Shown: positions 11,448-22,556, numbered from the stretch's first letter. The stretch: DNA of 39,496 nucleotides from Candidatus Omnitrophota bacterium (GCA_043811335.1 JBDRNI010000040.1:1-39496); one strand, 5' to 3'. The notes: a model not told the origin generated them from the sequence alone. Translations and numbers: made by a program.

Positions 11448-11458
11448 AGGAGCAATAA

Positions 11459-11830
11459 ATGCCGACAATAAACCAATTGATACGTAAGGGAAGAAAAGCT
11501 AACAGGACGAAAACAAAGTCGCCGGCGCTCGTCGGGTGTCCGCAGCGCAGGGGGGTTTGCCTTCAGGTGAAGACACGCACACCGAAAAAACCTAATTCGG
11601 CCCTGAGAAAAATCGCGAGAGTGCGTCTGACGAACAACCTTGAAGTCACGGCGTATATTCCCGGAGAGGGGCACAATCTTCAGGAACACTCCATCGTGAC
11701 GATACGGGGCGGCAGGGTAAAAGATCTACCGGGCGTAAGGTATCACATAATCAGGGGAAGATTGGATGCTTCGGGCGTGGAATCCCGGAGAAGAGGCAGA
11801 TCTAAATACGGCACCAAGAGGCCGAAGTAA
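11459..11830 (+). CDS. rpsL: 30S ribosomal protein S12
   Basis: [12 protein letters not shown]... [10 protein letters not shown] motif. Confidence 0.97.
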   Translation: MPTINQLIRKGRKANRTKTKSPALVGCPQRRGVCLQVKTRTPKKPNSALRKIARVRLTNNLEVTAYIPGEGHNLQEHSIVTIRGGRVKDLPGVRYHIIRGRLDASGVESRRRGRSKYGTKRPK

Positions 11831-11846
11831 CAGAAAAGGATAAAAA

Positions 11847-12317
11847 ATGAGAAGGCGCAGAGCGGAAAAACGCAAACCATCACCGGACCCAAAATTCAAA
11901 AGTAAAATTTTAGGTAAGTTCATGAACATGGTAATGGAAAGCGGGAAGAAATCGGTGGCCGAAAAGATCGTATACGGCGCGCTGGATATTATCAAGGAAA
12001 AGATCAAGGATGCCGATCCGCTCGAGGTGTTTCTACAGGCGCTTGAGAACGCGCGCCCGCTCTTGGAGATCAAGTCCAGAAGGATAGGGGGCGCCACGTA
12101 TCAGGTGCCGCTTGAGGTTAAGGTTGATCGCGGGCAGTTCATGGGCATGAGGTGGATACGGGATTTTGCCAGACAGCAGAAAGGCAAATCAATGAAGGTA
12201 AAGTTGGCCGACGAGATAATGAACGCGTACAAGCGGGAAGGGCCAACGATAAAAAAACGCGAAGACACTCACAGGATGGCCGAAGCGAATAAGGCATTTG
12301 CTCATTACAGATGGTAA
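11847..12317 (+). CDS. rpsG: 30S ribosomal protein S7
   Basis: S7-like sequence ending [10 protein letters not shown], in str-operon order. Confidence 0.96.
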   Translation: MRRRRAEKRKPSPDPKFKSKILGKFMNMVMESGKKSVAEKIVYGALDIIKEKIKDADPLEVFLQALENARPLLEIKSRRIGGATYQVPLEVKVDRGQFMGMRWIRDFARQQKGKSMKVKLADEIMNAYKREGPTIKKREDTHRMAEANKAFAHYRW

Positions 12318-12329
12318 AAACGGAAGATC

Positions 12330-14402
12330 ATGGGAAAAATACAAGATATACGAAATATAGGAATAATCGCTCATATAGACGCCGGTAAAACAACCGTTAC
12401 GGAAAGAGTGCTTTTCCATACGGGTAAGATCCATAAGATGGGTGAAGTCCACGACGGCACGGCGGTCATGGACTGGATGGAGCAGGAACAGGAGCGGGGC
12501 ATTACCATAACCAGCGCCGTTACGACCTGTCAGTGGCAGGACAAGAATATTAATATTATCGATACGCCCGGGCACGTGGATTTCACGATCGAGGTAGAGC
12601 GTTCTCTCAAGGTGCTTGACGGTGTGCTCGTCGTTTTCTGCGCCGTCGGCGGCGTTCAGCCGCAGACGGAAACAGTATGGCGTCAGGCCGACCATTACGA
12701 CATACCCCGGATAGCGCTTATAAACAAGATAGACCGCGTCGGAGCCGACTTTTACAAGGTTATCATAGACATGCATAAAAAGCTGGGCGCCAATGCGACA
12801 CCGATACAGATACCGATCGGAAAAGAAGACAAGTTTTGCGGGGTAATAGACCTTATAAAATGCAAGGCATACATATTTGACGAAGAGGGGGATCTCAAGG
12901 ATGCTGTGGAACAGGAGATCCCCGAGGCCATGAAGGATATTACCAGTCATTGGAGACACAATCTTATAGAAAAACTTGCGGACGTGGACCCTGAAGTTGA
13001 AGAGCTCTATTTGACAGATACGGGTATCTATCCCGAGGATCTCAAGAAACATATAAGAAGGATCACGAATAAAAATAAATTCATTCCCGTCATGTGCGGA
13101 TCCGCCCTGAAGAACAAGGGTATGAAGTTTGTCCTGGATGCCATCTGTGATTATCTGCCGTCTCCGCTGGATGTGGCAGCTCCGAAGGCTGTGCATCCCG
13201 ACACGGGAAAGGAAGTCACAATAGTTCCCGAAGAGAAAAGTCCTCTTTGCGCGTATGCGTATAAGGTCATGACGGATCCTTTTGTGGGGACAGTGACTTT
13301 CGTGCGTATCTACGCGGGCAAGATGGAGTCGGGAACGTATGTTTTTAACACGACTACGGAAAAACGGGAACGGGTGGCGAAGATCCTCCGCATGCATGCC
13401 GACCAGAGAGAGATCATCACGTCGGCCGGTCCGGGCCAGATAGTCGGTCTGGCGGGACTTAAGGCGACGTCCACAGCGCATACGCTTTGTGATGAAAAGC
13501 ATCCGATGGCGCTTGATAGAATAAAATATCCGGAGACCGTTATTTCCATGTCAATAGAACCGGAGACCAGGGCTGATCAGGACAAACTGGGAATGGCGCT
13601 TAAAAAGCTTGAGACTGAAGACCCTTCCTTTAAGGTCAAGTATAACGAGGAGACGGGACAGACGATCATCAGCGGCATGGGTGAACTTCATTTAGAGATC
13701 CTTATTGATAGATTAAAAAGGGAGTTTAAGGTAGGCGCGAACGTCGGCAGTCCGCAGGTGGCATATCGTGAAACCGTAACCCAGCAGGTTGATTCAACGG
13801 GCAAGTTTATACAGCAAACAGGCGGACACGGTCAGTATGGGCACGTTGAATTGAAGATCGGGCCGTCGGAAAAAGGCGAAGGCGTCGTATTTGAGCAAAA
13901 GATAAAAGGCGGCAGCATTCCGAGGGAATATTTCAAGGCGATTGAACAGGGCGTCAGAAACGCCGCAAAGACGGGAGCCCTCGCGGGATATCCCGTTACC
14001 GATATAAAAGTCGTTCTTTACGACGGGTCTTATCATGATGTTGATTCCTCGGAACTGGCCTTTAACAGCGCCGCATCAATAGCGATGAAAGCGGGAGTTC
14101 AAAAAGCAAAACCTATTCTTCTGGAACCCATAATGCAACTTGAAGTAACAACGCCGGATGAGTATCTCGGGGATGTTATAGGGGACATGAACATGAGAAG
14201 AATTAAGGTAGAGAACATTGAGCAGAAAGCGACGACAAAGATAATATCCGGCGCCGCTCCGCTTGCGCAAATGTTCGGTTACGCAACGGCCTTAAGAAGC
14301 TTGACACAAGGTAGAGCAACGTATACAATGGAGCCTTCGTTTTACAAGGAAGTGCCTAAAAATATAATGGAGAAGGTTATTACCGGCACGCCGGAGGAAT
14401 AG
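12330..14402 (+). CDS. fusA: elongation factor G
   Basis: [17 protein letters not shown]1 motif, DTPGHVDF, 690 aa. Confidence 0.97.
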   Translation: MGKIQDIRNIGIIAHIDAGKTTVTERVLFHTGKIHKMGEVHDGTAVMDWMEQEQERGITITSAVTTCQWQDKNINIIDTPGHVDFTIEVERSLKVLDGVLVVFCAVGGVQPQTETVWRQADHYDIPRIALINKIDRVGADFYKVIIDMHKKLGANATPIQIPIGKEDKFCGVIDLIKCKAYIFDEEGDLKDAVEQEIPEAMKDITSHWRHNLIEKLADVDPEVEELYLTDTGIYPEDLKKHIRRITNKNKFIPVMCGSALKNKGMKFVLDAICDYLPSPLDVAAPKAVHPDTGKEVTIVPEEKSPLCAYAYKVMTDPFVGTVTFVRIYAGKMESGTYVFNTTTEKRERVAKILRMHADQREIITSAGPGQIVGLAGLKATSTAHTLCDEKHPMALDRIKYPETVISMSIEPETRADQDKLGMALKKLETEDPSFKVKYNEETGQTIISGMGELHLEILIDRLKREFKVGANVGSPQVAYRETVTQQVDSTGKFIQQTGGHGQYGHVELKIGPSEKGEGVVFEQKIKGGSIPREYFKAIEQGVRNAAKTGALAGYPVTDIKVVLYDGSYHDVDSSELAFNSAASIAMKAGVQKAKPILLEPIMQLEVTTPDEYLGDVIGDMNMRRIKVENIEQKATTKIISGAAPLAQMFGYATALRSLTQGRATYTMEPSFYKEVPKNIMEKVITGTPEE

Positions 14403-14453
14403 TGTAAGTATAAGAGAGACGGCATATAACGACTTTTTAAGGAGGCAAAAAAA

Positions 14454-15650
14454 ATGGCCAAGAAAAAATTTGAGAGAACAAAGCCGCATTTGAACATTGG
14501 AACGATAGGGCACGTAGACCACGGCAAGACGACACTCACAGCCGCGATCACGATGTACCTGGCGCACAAGGGACAGGCGGAAGTGCGCGCGTTTGATACG
14601 ATCGATAAGGCGCCTGAAGAGAAGGAACGCGGCATAACGATCGCGGTAGCGCACGTGGAATACGAGACGGATAAAAGACACTATGCGCATATAGACTGTC
14701 CCGGGCACGCGGATTACATCAAGAACATGATCACGGGCGCGGCTCAGATGGACGGAGCGATATTGGTGGTATCGGCGGCCGACGGCCCGATGCCGCAAAC
14801 ACGAGAGCACATATTGCTGGCCAGACAGGTAAACGTGCCGGCGCTGGTGGTGTTCATGAACAAGGTGGACATGGTAGACGACAAGGAGCTCTTGGACCTC
14901 GTAGAACTTGAGGTAAGGGAACTCTTAAACAAATATAATTTCCCGGGCGATGATACTCCGATAATCAAGGGCAGCGCGTTGAAGGCGATGGAAGCGAAAG
15001 GCGCGTTGGACAATGAGGATTGCAAATTTATAGGCGAGTTGATGGACGCTGTGGACACGTTCATACCCCAGCCGGTGCGCGATATAGACAAACCGTTTCT
15101 GATGCCCGTTGAAGACGTGTTCAGCATAACGGGAAGAGGAACAGTAGGCACCGGAAGGATAGAACGAGGCCAGGTAAAAGTGGGCGAAGATATCGAGATA
15201 GTGGGTCTCGGCGCGACGAAGAAGACGACGGTAACGGGGATAGAGATGTTCCGTAAGCTGTTGGATTCGGGACAGGCGGGAGATAACGTGGGAGTGCTCT
15301 TGCGCGGCATAGAGAAGACAGACCTGGAAAGAGGACAGGTGCTTGCAGCGCCGGGAACGATCACACCGCATACGAAATTCAAAGCGGAAGTATATATATT
15401 GAGCAAGGAAGAAGGCGGGCGGCACACGCCGTTTTTTAACGGATACCGGCCGCAGTTTTATATCCGGACAACGGACGTAACGGGAGTGGCAAAGCTGCCC
15501 GAAGGGGTAGAGATGGTAATGCCCGGAGATAACGTCACGATAGAAGTGGAACTGATAGCGCCGGTGGCGTTGGAAAAAGAGTTAAGATTTGCGATACGTG
15601 AAGGCGGACGCACTGTAGGCGCGGGAGTGGTCTCAGAAGTGATCGCCTGA
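14454..15650 (+). CDS. tuf: elongation factor Tu (complete copy)
   Basis: [21 protein letters not shown] and NKVD motifs, 398 aa, strong AAGGAGG SD. Confidence 0.98.
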   Translation: MAKKKFERTKPHLNIGTIGHVDHGKTTLTAAITMYLAHKGQAEVRAFDTIDKAPEEKERGITIAVAHVEYETDKRHYAHIDCPGHADYIKNMITGAAQMDGAILVVSAADGPMPQTREHILLARQVNVPALVVFMNKVDMVDDKELLDLVELEVRELLNKYNFPGDDTPIIKGSALKAMEAKGALDNEDCKFIGELMDAVDTFIPQPVRDIDKPFLMPVEDVFSITGRGTVGTGRIERGQVKVGEDIEIVGLGATKKTTVTGIEMFRKLLDSGQAGDNVGVLLRGIEKTDLERGQVLAAPGTITPHTKFKAEVYILSKEEGGRHTPFFNGYRPQFYIRTTDVTGVAKLPEGVEMVMPGDNVTIEVELIAPVALEKELRFAIREGGRTVGAGVVSEVIA

Positions 15651-15668
15651 TAACGGAGCGAGGACAAA

Positions 15669-15986
15669 ATGGCTAAGAAGACAAAATCAGCAAGGATACG
15701 TTTACGTTTAAAGTCGTTTGACCATAAGCTTCTTGACATGTCAATGGCAGAAATAGTGGCGACGGTCAAGAAAACCGGTGCAACCGTGGTGGGGCCGGTG
15801 CCTATTCCGACCAGACGTGAGCTTTATACTGTTTTAAGGTCGCCGAATGTGGACAAAAAATCACGGGAGCAGTTTGAGCTCAAAACGCATAAAAGGCTTT
15901 TGGATATCGTGGATTCCACAGCAAGGACGATAGACTCTTTGCGCAAGCTGGATCTTCCGGCCGGTGTGGACGTAGAGATAAAATAA
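15669..15986 (+). CDS. rpsJ: 30S ribosomal protein S10
   Basis: [14 protein letters not shown]... is typical of S10. It is the first gene of an S10-type cluster. Confidence 0.96.
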   Translation: MAKKTKSARIRLRLKSFDHKLLDMSMAEIVATVKKTGATVVGPVPIPTRRELYTVLRSPNVDKKSREQFELKTHKRLLDIVDSTARTIDSLRKLDLPAGVDVEIK

Positions 15987-16085
15987 TGACAAATGACAAA
16001 ATTCAAAGCACAAAATAAAAGTTTGGGCATTGGAATTTAAGATTTTGGATTTATTTTGAATTTTGTGCTTTGTCATTTGAATTTT
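15986..16085. repeat. Family B palindromic element, copy B1 (rpsJ|rplC spacer)
   Basis: AAATGACAAAATTCAAAGCACAAAAT (left) faces ATTTTGTGCTTTGTCATTTGA (right) around an A/T-rich centre. It is related to 25383..25492 and 34676..34807. Confidence 0.85.
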
Positions 16086-16122
16086 AAGAAGGTGTTTGTG
16101 CTTAAAATAGTGGGGTAGTTGA

Positions 16123-16818
16123 ATGGTTCCGGGAATACTTGGAAAAAAAATAGGCATGACACAGATATTCGGGGAGGACGGCCGCAGGACGCCCGTGACG
16201 GTCGTGAAAGCGGGCCCCTGTTCCGTGCAGGCAGTGAAGACACCGAAGAAAGATGGATACAGTGCCGTCCGCATGGGATATGAAGACGTAAAGGAAAAAC
16301 GCGTCAAAAAACCCCAAAGGGAAGAGCTTAAGTCCCGTAATCTGAAACCGAAGAGATTTGTTCGGGAAATAAGGTGTGATGAAACCCTGGAAGTAAAAGT
16401 CGGAGATGAGGTAACGCTCGGAATTTTTCAAAAAGGCGATTTTCTGGATATTACCGGCATATCAAAGGGAAAAGGATTTCAGGGCGGCATGAAAAGACAC
16501 GGGTGGTACGGCGGACAGGAGACGCATGGATCAATGTCACACCGCGCGCCGGGTTCCATAGGAGCCAGTTCTTTTCCATCGCGCGTTTTTAAAGGACAAA
16601 CCATGCCGGGTCAAATGGGGAATGTGCGGACTACTATCCAGAATGTCCAGATCGTTGACACGGATGCCGCCAATAACACGATTGCGGTTAGAGGCGCTAT
16701 TCCCGGAGCGAACGGCACGTATCTTATTATTCGGTACGCTAAAAAGAAACCTCTTGCGCCGCGTAGCACGAGTTCTGTCATCCCCGCGAAAGCGGGGATC
16801 CAGAATGGAAAAGAATAG
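16123..16818 (+). CDS. rplC: 50S ribosomal protein L3 with a repeat-derived C-terminal tail
   Basis: [16 protein letters not shown]... [13 protein letters not shown] motifs. The last ~14 codons ([15 protein letters not shown]) lie in repeat family E. Confidence 0.95.
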   Translation: MVPGILGKKIGMTQIFGEDGRRTPVTVVKAGPCSVQAVKTPKKDGYSAVRMGYEDVKEKRVKKPQREELKSRNLKPKRFVREIRCDETLEVKVGDEVTLGIFQKGDFLDITGISKGKGFQGGMKRHGWYGGQETHGSMSHRAPGSIGASSFPSRVFKGQTMPGQMGNVRTTIQNVQIVDTDAANNTIAVRGAIPGANGTYLIIRYAKKKPLAPRSTSSVIPAKAGIQNGKE

Positions 16819-16845
16819 ATAGATTCCCGCTTTCGCGGGAATGAC
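16777..16845. repeat. Family E: two inverted copies of a 24-nt mini-hairpin
   Basis: GTCATCCCCGCGAAAGCGGGGATC (16777-16800) faces GATTCCCGCTTTCGCGGGAATGAC (16822-16845). The two differences between the copies are compensatory within each hairpin stem. Confidence 0.85.
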
Positions 16846-16865
16846 GACGAAAGACTCAAAGAACG

Positions 16866-17525
16866 ATGAAAAGAAATAAAGAGCGGAAAATAAAAGAGTT
16901 TAACACGAGGCTGGATGTTTTTGGTCTGGATGGCAAGGCCGTTGGTAAAATACAGCTGGATGAAAAGGTGTTTGACGGTCATGTTAATCAAACGCTTCTT
17001 TATGAGGCGAAGAAGATGTATGAAGCGAATAGCCGCAGGGGAACCGCTTCGTCTAAGACGAGGAGCGAGGTTTCAGGAGGCGGAGCAAAACCATGGAAAC
17101 AGAAAGGCACCGGTCGGGCCAGAGTAGGGTCCTCCAGAAATCCTATCTGGCGTCACGGCGGCGTGGCCTTTGGGCCGAGACCGCGTGATTTTTCGTATTC
17201 CATGCCGAAAAAAGCGCTGAAAAAAGCGTTGATATCCGGTTTGAACGCCAGGCTGTCCGAAAAAATGGTAAAAGCGGTGGTAGAGATCAAGCTGGATAAG
17301 CCTAAGACAAGTGCGTTCAAAGCGATCCTGGATAATCTGAAAGTGGAAGGAAAAGTGCTTGTTGTGGTCGAGTCCATTTCCAGGGATGTAAAACGTTCTT
17401 CAGGGAACCTGAAACGGGTGAGCCTGAAAGAGGGAAAGAATATAAATGTGAGAGATGTTTTGTTGAACGGGTGCATTTTGGCGGAAAAAACGGCGCTTGA
17501 AAAATTGGGTGAAAAATTAAAATGA
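16866..17525 (+). CDS. rplD: 50S ribosomal protein L4
   Basis: KPWKQKGTGRARVGSSRNPIWRHGGVAFGP motif. The start is uncertain because the SD at 16866 is weak. Confidence 0.92.
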   Translation: MKRNKERKIKEFNTRLDVFGLDGKAVGKIQLDEKVFDGHVNQTLLYEAKKMYEANSRRGTASSKTRSEVSGGGAKPWKQKGTGRARVGSSRNPIWRHGGVAFGPRPRDFSYSMPKKALKKALISGLNARLSEKMVKAVVEIKLDKPKTSAFKAILDNLKVEGKVLVVVESISRDVKRSSGNLKRVSLKEGKNINVRDVLLNGCILAEKTALEKLGEKLK

Positions 17526-17800
17526 GAACGACACACGATGTCATAAAAAATATATTACGGACCGAAAAAGGGTCAAGGATGGGTTCGCAGAACAAGCACC
17601 TGTTCAAGGTTGATAAACGATCCAACAAGGTGGAGATAAAAAAAGCTGTGGAGGAGATTTACAGCGTTAAGGTGGATAAGGTCCACGTGATGAACATCAA
17701 AGGAAAAAAAAGACGGGTAAGGCTTCACGAGGGTATGACGGCCTCGTGGAAAAAGGCCATTGTGACGCTGAAATCCGGAAGCACGATAGAGGTAACATAA
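17522..17800 (+). CDS. rplW: 50S ribosomal protein L23
   Basis: Size, position and L23-like sequence. ATGA overlap with rplD. Confidence 0.93.
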   Translation: MRTTHDVIKNILRTEKGSRMGSQNKHLFKVDKRSNKVEIKKAVEEIYSVKVDKVHVMNIKGKKRRVRLHEGMTASWKKAIVTLKSGSTIEVT

Positions 17801-17803
17801 CAC

Positions 17804-18628
17804 ATGGGCATAAGAAAATATAAAGCGATGACACCCGGCACCCGCGGCGGGAACGTTTCTGATTTTAGTGATATCACAAAAAAACGTCCGGAAAGATCTC
17901 TCACGAGAGCGCTGCGGAAAACGGGCGGAAGAAATAATCGCGGCCGTATAACCACGAGGGGCATAGGGGGCGGTCACAAGAGGCGGTATCGTCTCGTGGA
18001 TTTCCGTTACATGAAAAAAGGCATTTCGGGGATTGTTGCGGCGGTGGAGTATGATCCGAACCGTTCGGCGCGTATCGCGCTCGTGAAGTATGAAGATGGG
18101 CAACTGATGTATGTGATCGCGCCCGCGCAGCTCAAGGTCGGCGGCGCAATTCAGTGCGGTCCCACGGCGAAGATAGAGATAGGGAATTCAATGCCGCTCA
18201 AAAATGTTCCTCTTGGGGCGGAAGTTTATTGTATTGAAATGGAACCGGGTTGCGGCGCGAAAATAGCCAGATCAGCGGGCAATGGCGCCATGGTTGATGC
18301 AAAGGACGGAAAAAACATACACCTGCGCATGCCGAGCGGGGAAGTCCGGCTGGTTAACGAGGGATGTTACGCTTCGATCGGAAAAGTGGGAAACGCCGAA
18401 CATGAAAATATCTCTTTAGGAAAAGCCGGCAGATCAAGACATCGCGGAAGACGACCGAAATCCAGAGCCGTGGCAAAAAACCCGGTTGACCACCCCATGG
18501 GTGGCGGTGAAGGAAAATCCTCCGGCGGAAGGCATCCTTGTACGCCGTGGGGTAAGATCACCAAGGGGTTAAAGACGCGGAAAAAGAAGAAAGCGTCAAG
18601 CAGTAAGATAATCAAACGGAGGAAGTAA
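17804..18628 (+). CDS. rplB: 50S ribosomal protein L2
   Basis: GGGHKRRYR and NPVDHPMGGGEGK motifs. Confidence 0.97.
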   Translation: MGIRKYKAMTPGTRGGNVSDFSDITKKRPERSLTRALRKTGGRNNRGRITTRGIGGGHKRRYRLVDFRYMKKGISGIVAAVEYDPNRSARIALVKYEDGQLMYVIAPAQLKVGGAIQCGPTAKIEIGNSMPLKNVPLGAEVYCIEMEPGCGAKIARSAGNGAMVDAKDGKNIHLRMPSGEVRLVNEGCYASIGKVGNAEHENISLGKAGRSRHRGRRPKSRAVAKNPVDHPMGGGEGKSSGGRHPCTPWGKITKGLKTRKKKKASSSKIIKRRK

Positions 18629-18631
18629 AAT

Positions 18632-18916
18632 ATGTCGCGTTCTACCAAAAAAGGCCCTTTTGTGGACGATAGTCTCATGAAAAAGGTGCGAAAAAGGGCG
18701 GAAACCGGCAGCAAGAAGCCGATAAAGACCTGGTCCAGAAGGTCCGTTGTATTGCCTGATTTCGTAGGATTGACAATTTCCGTGCATAACGGAAAAACCT
18801 TCATCGCTCTGTTCATAACGGAGAACATGGTAGGTCACAAATTGGGCGAGTTCGCGGCGACGCGTAAGTTCCGCAGCCACGGGGCGGCGACGAAAGTTTC
18901 ATTGGAGAAAACATAA
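18632..18916 (+). CDS. rpsS: 30S ribosomal protein S19
   Basis: [12 protein letters not shown]... HNGK.F... GHKLGEF motif. Confidence 0.97.
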   Translation: MSRSTKKGPFVDDSLMKKVRKRAETGSKKPIKTWSRRSVVLPDFVGLTISVHNGKTFIALFITENMVGHKLGEFAATRKFRSHGAATKVSLEKT

Positions 18917-19299
18917 TGATCGCAAAAGCGGAAGCCAAATACGTCAGGATCTCGACACGCAAGACAAGACTGGTCGTTGACCTGGTAAGGGGCAAAACGG
19001 TTGAAGTGGCGCGGGCTATTTTGGATAACACCCCGAAGAGCGCCAGTGTGCCCATAAAGAAGGTCTTGGATTCGGCTTTTGCCAACGCAAATTTTAAGCG
19101 GCAGGAGAAACTTTTTGCTAAAGACGTGATGATCTCAACAATAATGGCAGACGGGGCTTACATGCTTAAACGTTTCAGAGCAGCGACAATGGGACGCGCC
19201 GCGCCTATAAGGCACAGGACAACGCATATCCGGATCGAACTGGATAAAGCCGTTGTGTCTGCTAATAAAAACAAAAAAGTAAAGTCAGGGAGTAAATAG
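18916..19299 (+). CDS. rplV: 50S ribosomal protein L22
   Basis: Position and L22-like sequence. TAATG overlap with rpsS. Confidence 0.94.
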   Translation: MIAKAEAKYVRISTRKTRLVVDLVRGKTVEVARAILDNTPKSASVPIKKVLDSAFANANFKRQEKLFAKDVMISTIMADGAYMLKRFRAATMGRAAPIRHRTTHIRIELDKAVVSANKNKKVKSGSK

Positions 19300-19300
19300 C

Positions 19301-19999
19301 ATGGGGCAGAAGGTCAATCCGATAAGTTTCCGTCTGGGAGCGGGGCGTGACTGGAACAGTCGTTGGTACGCCACGAAAGAAGAGTTCGCGGAAAAACTGC
19401 TGCAGGACACGCGAATACGCAAATTAATAGAAAAAGAGATGTTCGCGGCTCTGATATCTCATGTAGATATAATGCGCACGCGTAACCTCGTGCGTGTTGC
19501 TATTTTTTCCGGCCGGCCGGGAATACTGATAGGGCGGAAGGGTGCTCAGATCGAGCTGCTTAAAGAATCCGTGCAGAATATCATAGGGGATCGGGCAAAA
19601 CTTTTTATTGATATCAAAGAGGTGGCAAATCCCGGACTGGACGCGAAGATCGTCTCTGATAATATCGCACTGCAGCTCGTGAAAAGGATCGCTTTCCGGC
19701 GTGCGATGAAAAAAACCATACAGGCGCATAAAGACGCCGGAGGAAAAGGCATAAAGATCAAGTGTTCCGGACGTCTGGGGGGCTCGGAAATAGCAAGAAC
19801 TGAAGGTTATAAGTGGGGCAAGATCCCGCTACAGACAATAAGGGCCGACATAGATTACGGGTTCAGTGAAGCCCGCACCACGTACGGAATAATCGGGGTG
19901 AAGGTGTGGATCTACAAAGGTGACAAGCTGGATGCTGCCGTAGAGCCGGAAGAGGCAGACGCGGCGAAAAAGAAACAAGGGGTGCGGGGCGGCAGATAG
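19301..19999 (+). CDS. rpsC: 30S ribosomal protein S3
   Basis: MGQKVNPISFRLG... KH domain. GRLGGSEIAR motif. Confidence 0.97.
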   Translation: MGQKVNPISFRLGAGRDWNSRWYATKEEFAEKLLQDTRIRKLIEKEMFAALISHVDIMRTRNLVRVAIFSGRPGILIGRKGAQIELLKESVQNIIGDRAKLFIDIKEVANPGLDAKIVSDNIALQLVKRIAFRRAMKKTIQAHKDAGGKGIKIKCSGRLGGSEIARTEGYKWGKIPLQTIRADIDYGFSEARTTYGIIGVKVWIYKGDKLDAAVEPEEADAAKKKQGVRGGR

Positions 20000-20005
20000 T
20001 GCGTT

Positions 20006-20182
20006 AAAATTCTAAGCACTAAATCCGAAATGCTAAACAAATAACAATGATTTAAACCCCAAATTCTAAATTGTTTTGTATTTCGGGCGTTACGGTTCGT
20101 GTTAACATTCTGGTTTGGGATTTGGAATATTAAAAAATTGAGCTTTGTTTAGGATTTAGAAATTCGGATTTCGGATTTTTCG
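20006..20182. repeat. Family C long palindromic element, copy C1 (rpsC|rplP spacer)
   Basis: Left arm AAAATTCTAAGCACTAAATCCGAAATGCTAAACAAA faces right arm TTTGTTTAGGATTTAGAAATTCGGATTTCGGATTTTT. The conserved centre ATTCTGGTTTGGGATTTGG is shared with 23060..23278. Confidence 0.85.
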
Positions 20183-20223
20183 TGCACGAATCGGGTTTGC
20201 AAGAGTAAATTGGGAGCGATATC

Positions 20224-20640
20224 ATGGCTTTAATGCCCAAGAGGGTAAAATTCAGGAAACAACAGAGGGGCCGGCGCAAAGGCACGAGTTTTTCTTCAAA
20301 ACTTAATTTTGGAGAATTTGGGCTTAAGGCTTTGGCAACCGCATGGCTGACCGACAAGCAGATAGAGGCGGCAAGAGTGGCTCTCATGAGGGAGACCGGA
20401 AGAGCCGGAAAGTTGTGGATCCGGGTGTTTCCCGATAAGCCCGTGACGAAACAGGCCGCGGAAACGCGCATGGGTAAGGGCAAGGGGACTCCCGTTGGAT
20501 GGGTTGCCCCCGTGAAAAAAGGGCGGATTATTTTTGAAGTGGAAGGTATTCCGCATAACATGGCCAGGGAAGCCTTTCGGTTAGCGGCACATAAGCTTCC
20601 GATGAAGACAAAATTCGTATCAAGAGGAGGACGGGCTTGA
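20224..20640 (+). CDS. rplP: 50S ribosomal protein L16
   Basis: [14 protein letters not shown]... RMGKGKG motif. Confidence 0.97.
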   Translation: MALMPKRVKFRKQQRGRRKGTSFSSKLNFGEFGLKALATAWLTDKQIEAARVALMRETGRAGKLWIRVFPDKPVTKQAAETRMGKGKGTPVGWVAPVKKGRIIFEVEGIPHNMAREAFRLAAHKLPMKTKFVSRGGRA

Positions 20641-20843
20641 AAGCGAGCGAAATAAGGGACATGACCGTACCCGAGGTTGAACACAAGCTTTTGGCGATAA
20701 AAGAGCAGTTGTTCAAATTGAGGGCGGAGGTTACGACCGGCAGAATAGAGCGACCGAACCGTTTCTGTTCCCTGAGGCGCGATATAGCCAGATGTTACAC
20801 CATTTTGAAGGAGAAGAATAGTGAAGGGCACCAGACCCAATAA
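20637..20843 (+). CDS. rpmC: 50S ribosomal protein L29 (TTG start overlapping the rplP stop)
   Basis: [28 protein letters not shown] is typical of L29. GAGGAGG lies upstream. Confidence 0.9.
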   Translation: MKASEIRDMTVPEVEHKLLAIKEQLFKLRAEVTTGRIERPNRFCSLRRDIARCYTILKEKNSEGHQTQ

Positions 20844-21096
20844 AAAAGAGATAATCGGCATGGTTGCAAGCGCGAGAATGGATAAGAGTATTACGGTTGA
20901 ATGGGAAACTCGTAAGAGACATCCCCTATACGGAAAATTCATAAAACAGCGCATGAAGGTCAAGGCGCATGACGCGGAAAATAGATCGAAAGCCGGGGAC
21001 ATGGTCCGGATAATCGAAACGCGTCCGATTTCCAAGAATAAGGCCTGGCGCCTCGTGGAAATTCTGGAAAAAAGCAGAGAGGTTGATCGGTCATGA
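20821..21096 (+). CDS. rpsQ: 30S ribosomal protein S17 (GTG start)
   Basis: [27 protein letters not shown]... KAHD motif and conserved order. Confidence 0.93.
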   Translation: MKGTRPNKKEIIGMVASARMDKSITVEWETRKRHPLYGKFIKQRMKVKAHDAENRSKAGDMVRIIETRPISKNKAWRLVEILEKSREVDRS

Positions 21097-21461
21097 TCAT
21101 AATGGGCAGCAGGTTGGATGTTGCTGATAACAGTGGCGCTAAAAAAGCCTCCATGATAGGTGTTATCGGGAGATCCGGGAAACACATGGCAACGATAGGC
21201 GACGTGATCACGTGCAATATCAAGGAGTCTACGCCCGCCGCGGAGGTTAAAAAAGGCGAAGTGGTTCGCGCCGTGGTCGTGCGGACGGCTTATCCTATAT
21301 TGCGCAAGGATGGGACGGCCCTTAAATTTGATCACAACGCCGTAGTAGTAATTGATAAAGACGGAAATCCGCGCGGAACGCGCGTGTTTGGCCCGGTCGC
21401 TCGCGAACTTCGCGGGAAGAAATTCATGAAGATCGTATCTCTGGCACCGGAAGTCATTTAA
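21093..21461 (+). CDS. rplN: 50S ribosomal protein L14
   Basis: [11 protein letters not shown] motif, 122 aa. Confidence 0.97.
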   Translation: MIIMGSRLDVADNSGAKKASMIGVIGRSGKHMATIGDVITCNIKESTPAAEVKKGEVVRAVVVRTAYPILRKDGTALKFDHNAVVVIDKDGNPRGTRVFGPVARELRGKKFMKIVSLAPEVI

Positions 21462-21473
21462 GCGGGGAATGTT

Positions 21474-21785
21474 ATGGGACATATAATAAAAAATGATACA
21501 GTAAAAGTTATAGCCGGTAAAGATAAAGGGAAAACCGGAAAAGTGTTGAGGATCATCCCTGAAAAAAAGCGCGCCATCGTGCAAGGGGTGAATTTTGCGA
21601 TAAAACACCTCAAACGGACGAAACAGGACTCGGAAGGCGGTATCATGCACAGAGAGGCCTCTATCCATGTTTCGAATCTGGCCATTCTTTGCAAGGGCTG
21701 TAACCGCCCCGCCAGGACAGGCAAAGATATACTAAAAGACGGCAGCAAGACCCGTTTTTGCAAGAAATGTAAAGAGGCGTTATAA
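21474..21785 (+). CDS. rplX: 50S ribosomal protein L24
   Basis: KNDTVKVIAGKDKGKTGKV KOW motif. Confidence 0.95.
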   Translation: MGHIIKNDTVKVIAGKDKGKTGKVLRIIPEKKRAIVQGVNFAIKHLKRTKQDSEGGIMHREASIHVSNLAILCKGCNRPARTGKDILKDGSKTRFCKKCKEAL

Positions 21786-21786
21786 A

Positions 21787-22353
21787 ATGACAGATAATAA
21801 AAGATCAAACACAGCACGGCTTAAAGATCTATACGAAAAGGATATTGTTCCTGCGTTGATGAAGAAATTCGGATACAAGAACAGAATGAACGTTCCGCGT
21901 CTCGAAAAGATCGTGATTAACGTAGGAATGGGGGAGATGTCCCAGCAGAAAGATTTGGTAGAGCCGTTGAGAGATGAAATTGCGTCTTTGACCGGGCAGA
22001 AACCTTCTCTGAGAAAAACCCGAAAGGCGATTTCCAATTTTAAGGTGCGTATAGGGGCCCCCGTCGGCTATAAAACAACGTTGCGAAGGGTCCGCATGTA
22101 TGAATTTTTGGACCGGCTGATAAATTTTGTTATTCCGAGAATACGGGATTTTCGCGGTGTATCTGCGACATCTTTCGATCAGCAGGGAAATTATACATTA
22201 GGTATAAAAGAACAGACGATATTTCCCGAGCTGGAGCTGGACAAGGTCCCGGTAACTCACGGCATGGATATCTGTTTTGTTATGACTGGCGGTGCTAAAG
22301 AAGGATCAAAGGCGTTGCTTGAGGGGTTCGGAATGCCTTTTGAGAAGCGGTAA
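21787..22353 (+). CDS. rplE: 50S ribosomal protein L5
   Basis: Conserved order and L5-like sequence (RDFRG, GMDI). Confidence 0.96.
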   Translation: MTDNKRSNTARLKDLYEKDIVPALMKKFGYKNRMNVPRLEKIVINVGMGEMSQQKDLVEPLRDEIASLTGQKPSLRKTRKAISNFKVRIGAPVGYKTTLRRVRMYEFLDRLINFVIPRIRDFRGVSATSFDQQGNYTLGIKEQTIFPELELDKVPVTHGMDICFVMTGGAKEGSKALLEGFGMPFEKR

Positions 22354-22370
22354 CAGGGAAAGAAAATCAT

Positions 22371-22556
22371 ATGGCTAAGAAAGCGCTTATAGAAAAATCA
22401 AAAAGAAAACCAAAATTCTCAACACGAGTCATTACCAGATGCCAGATCTGCGGAAGAAAAAGGGGATATATGAAGCGCTTTAAATTGTGCCGTATCTGTT
22501 TCAGGGAACTGGCTTCGCGCGGTGATATCCCGGGTGTTAAAAAGGCAAGTTGGTAG
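22371..22556 (+). CDS. rpsN: 30S ribosomal protein S14, short zinc-binding (type Z) form
   Basis: 61 aa, with [10 protein letters not shown]...CRICFRE (CxxC...CxxC). Confidence 0.95.
   Translation: MAKKALIEKSKRKPKFSTRVITRCQICGRKRGYMKRFKLCRICFRELASRGDIPGVKKASW

Noticed and set aside
16622-16822. ORF 16622..16822(+), ending ...[14 protein letters not shown], and ORF 16611..16991(-)
   Set aside because: One is an alternative frame and the other antisense to the rplC 3' end. The distinctive peptides come from translating the family E hairpins.
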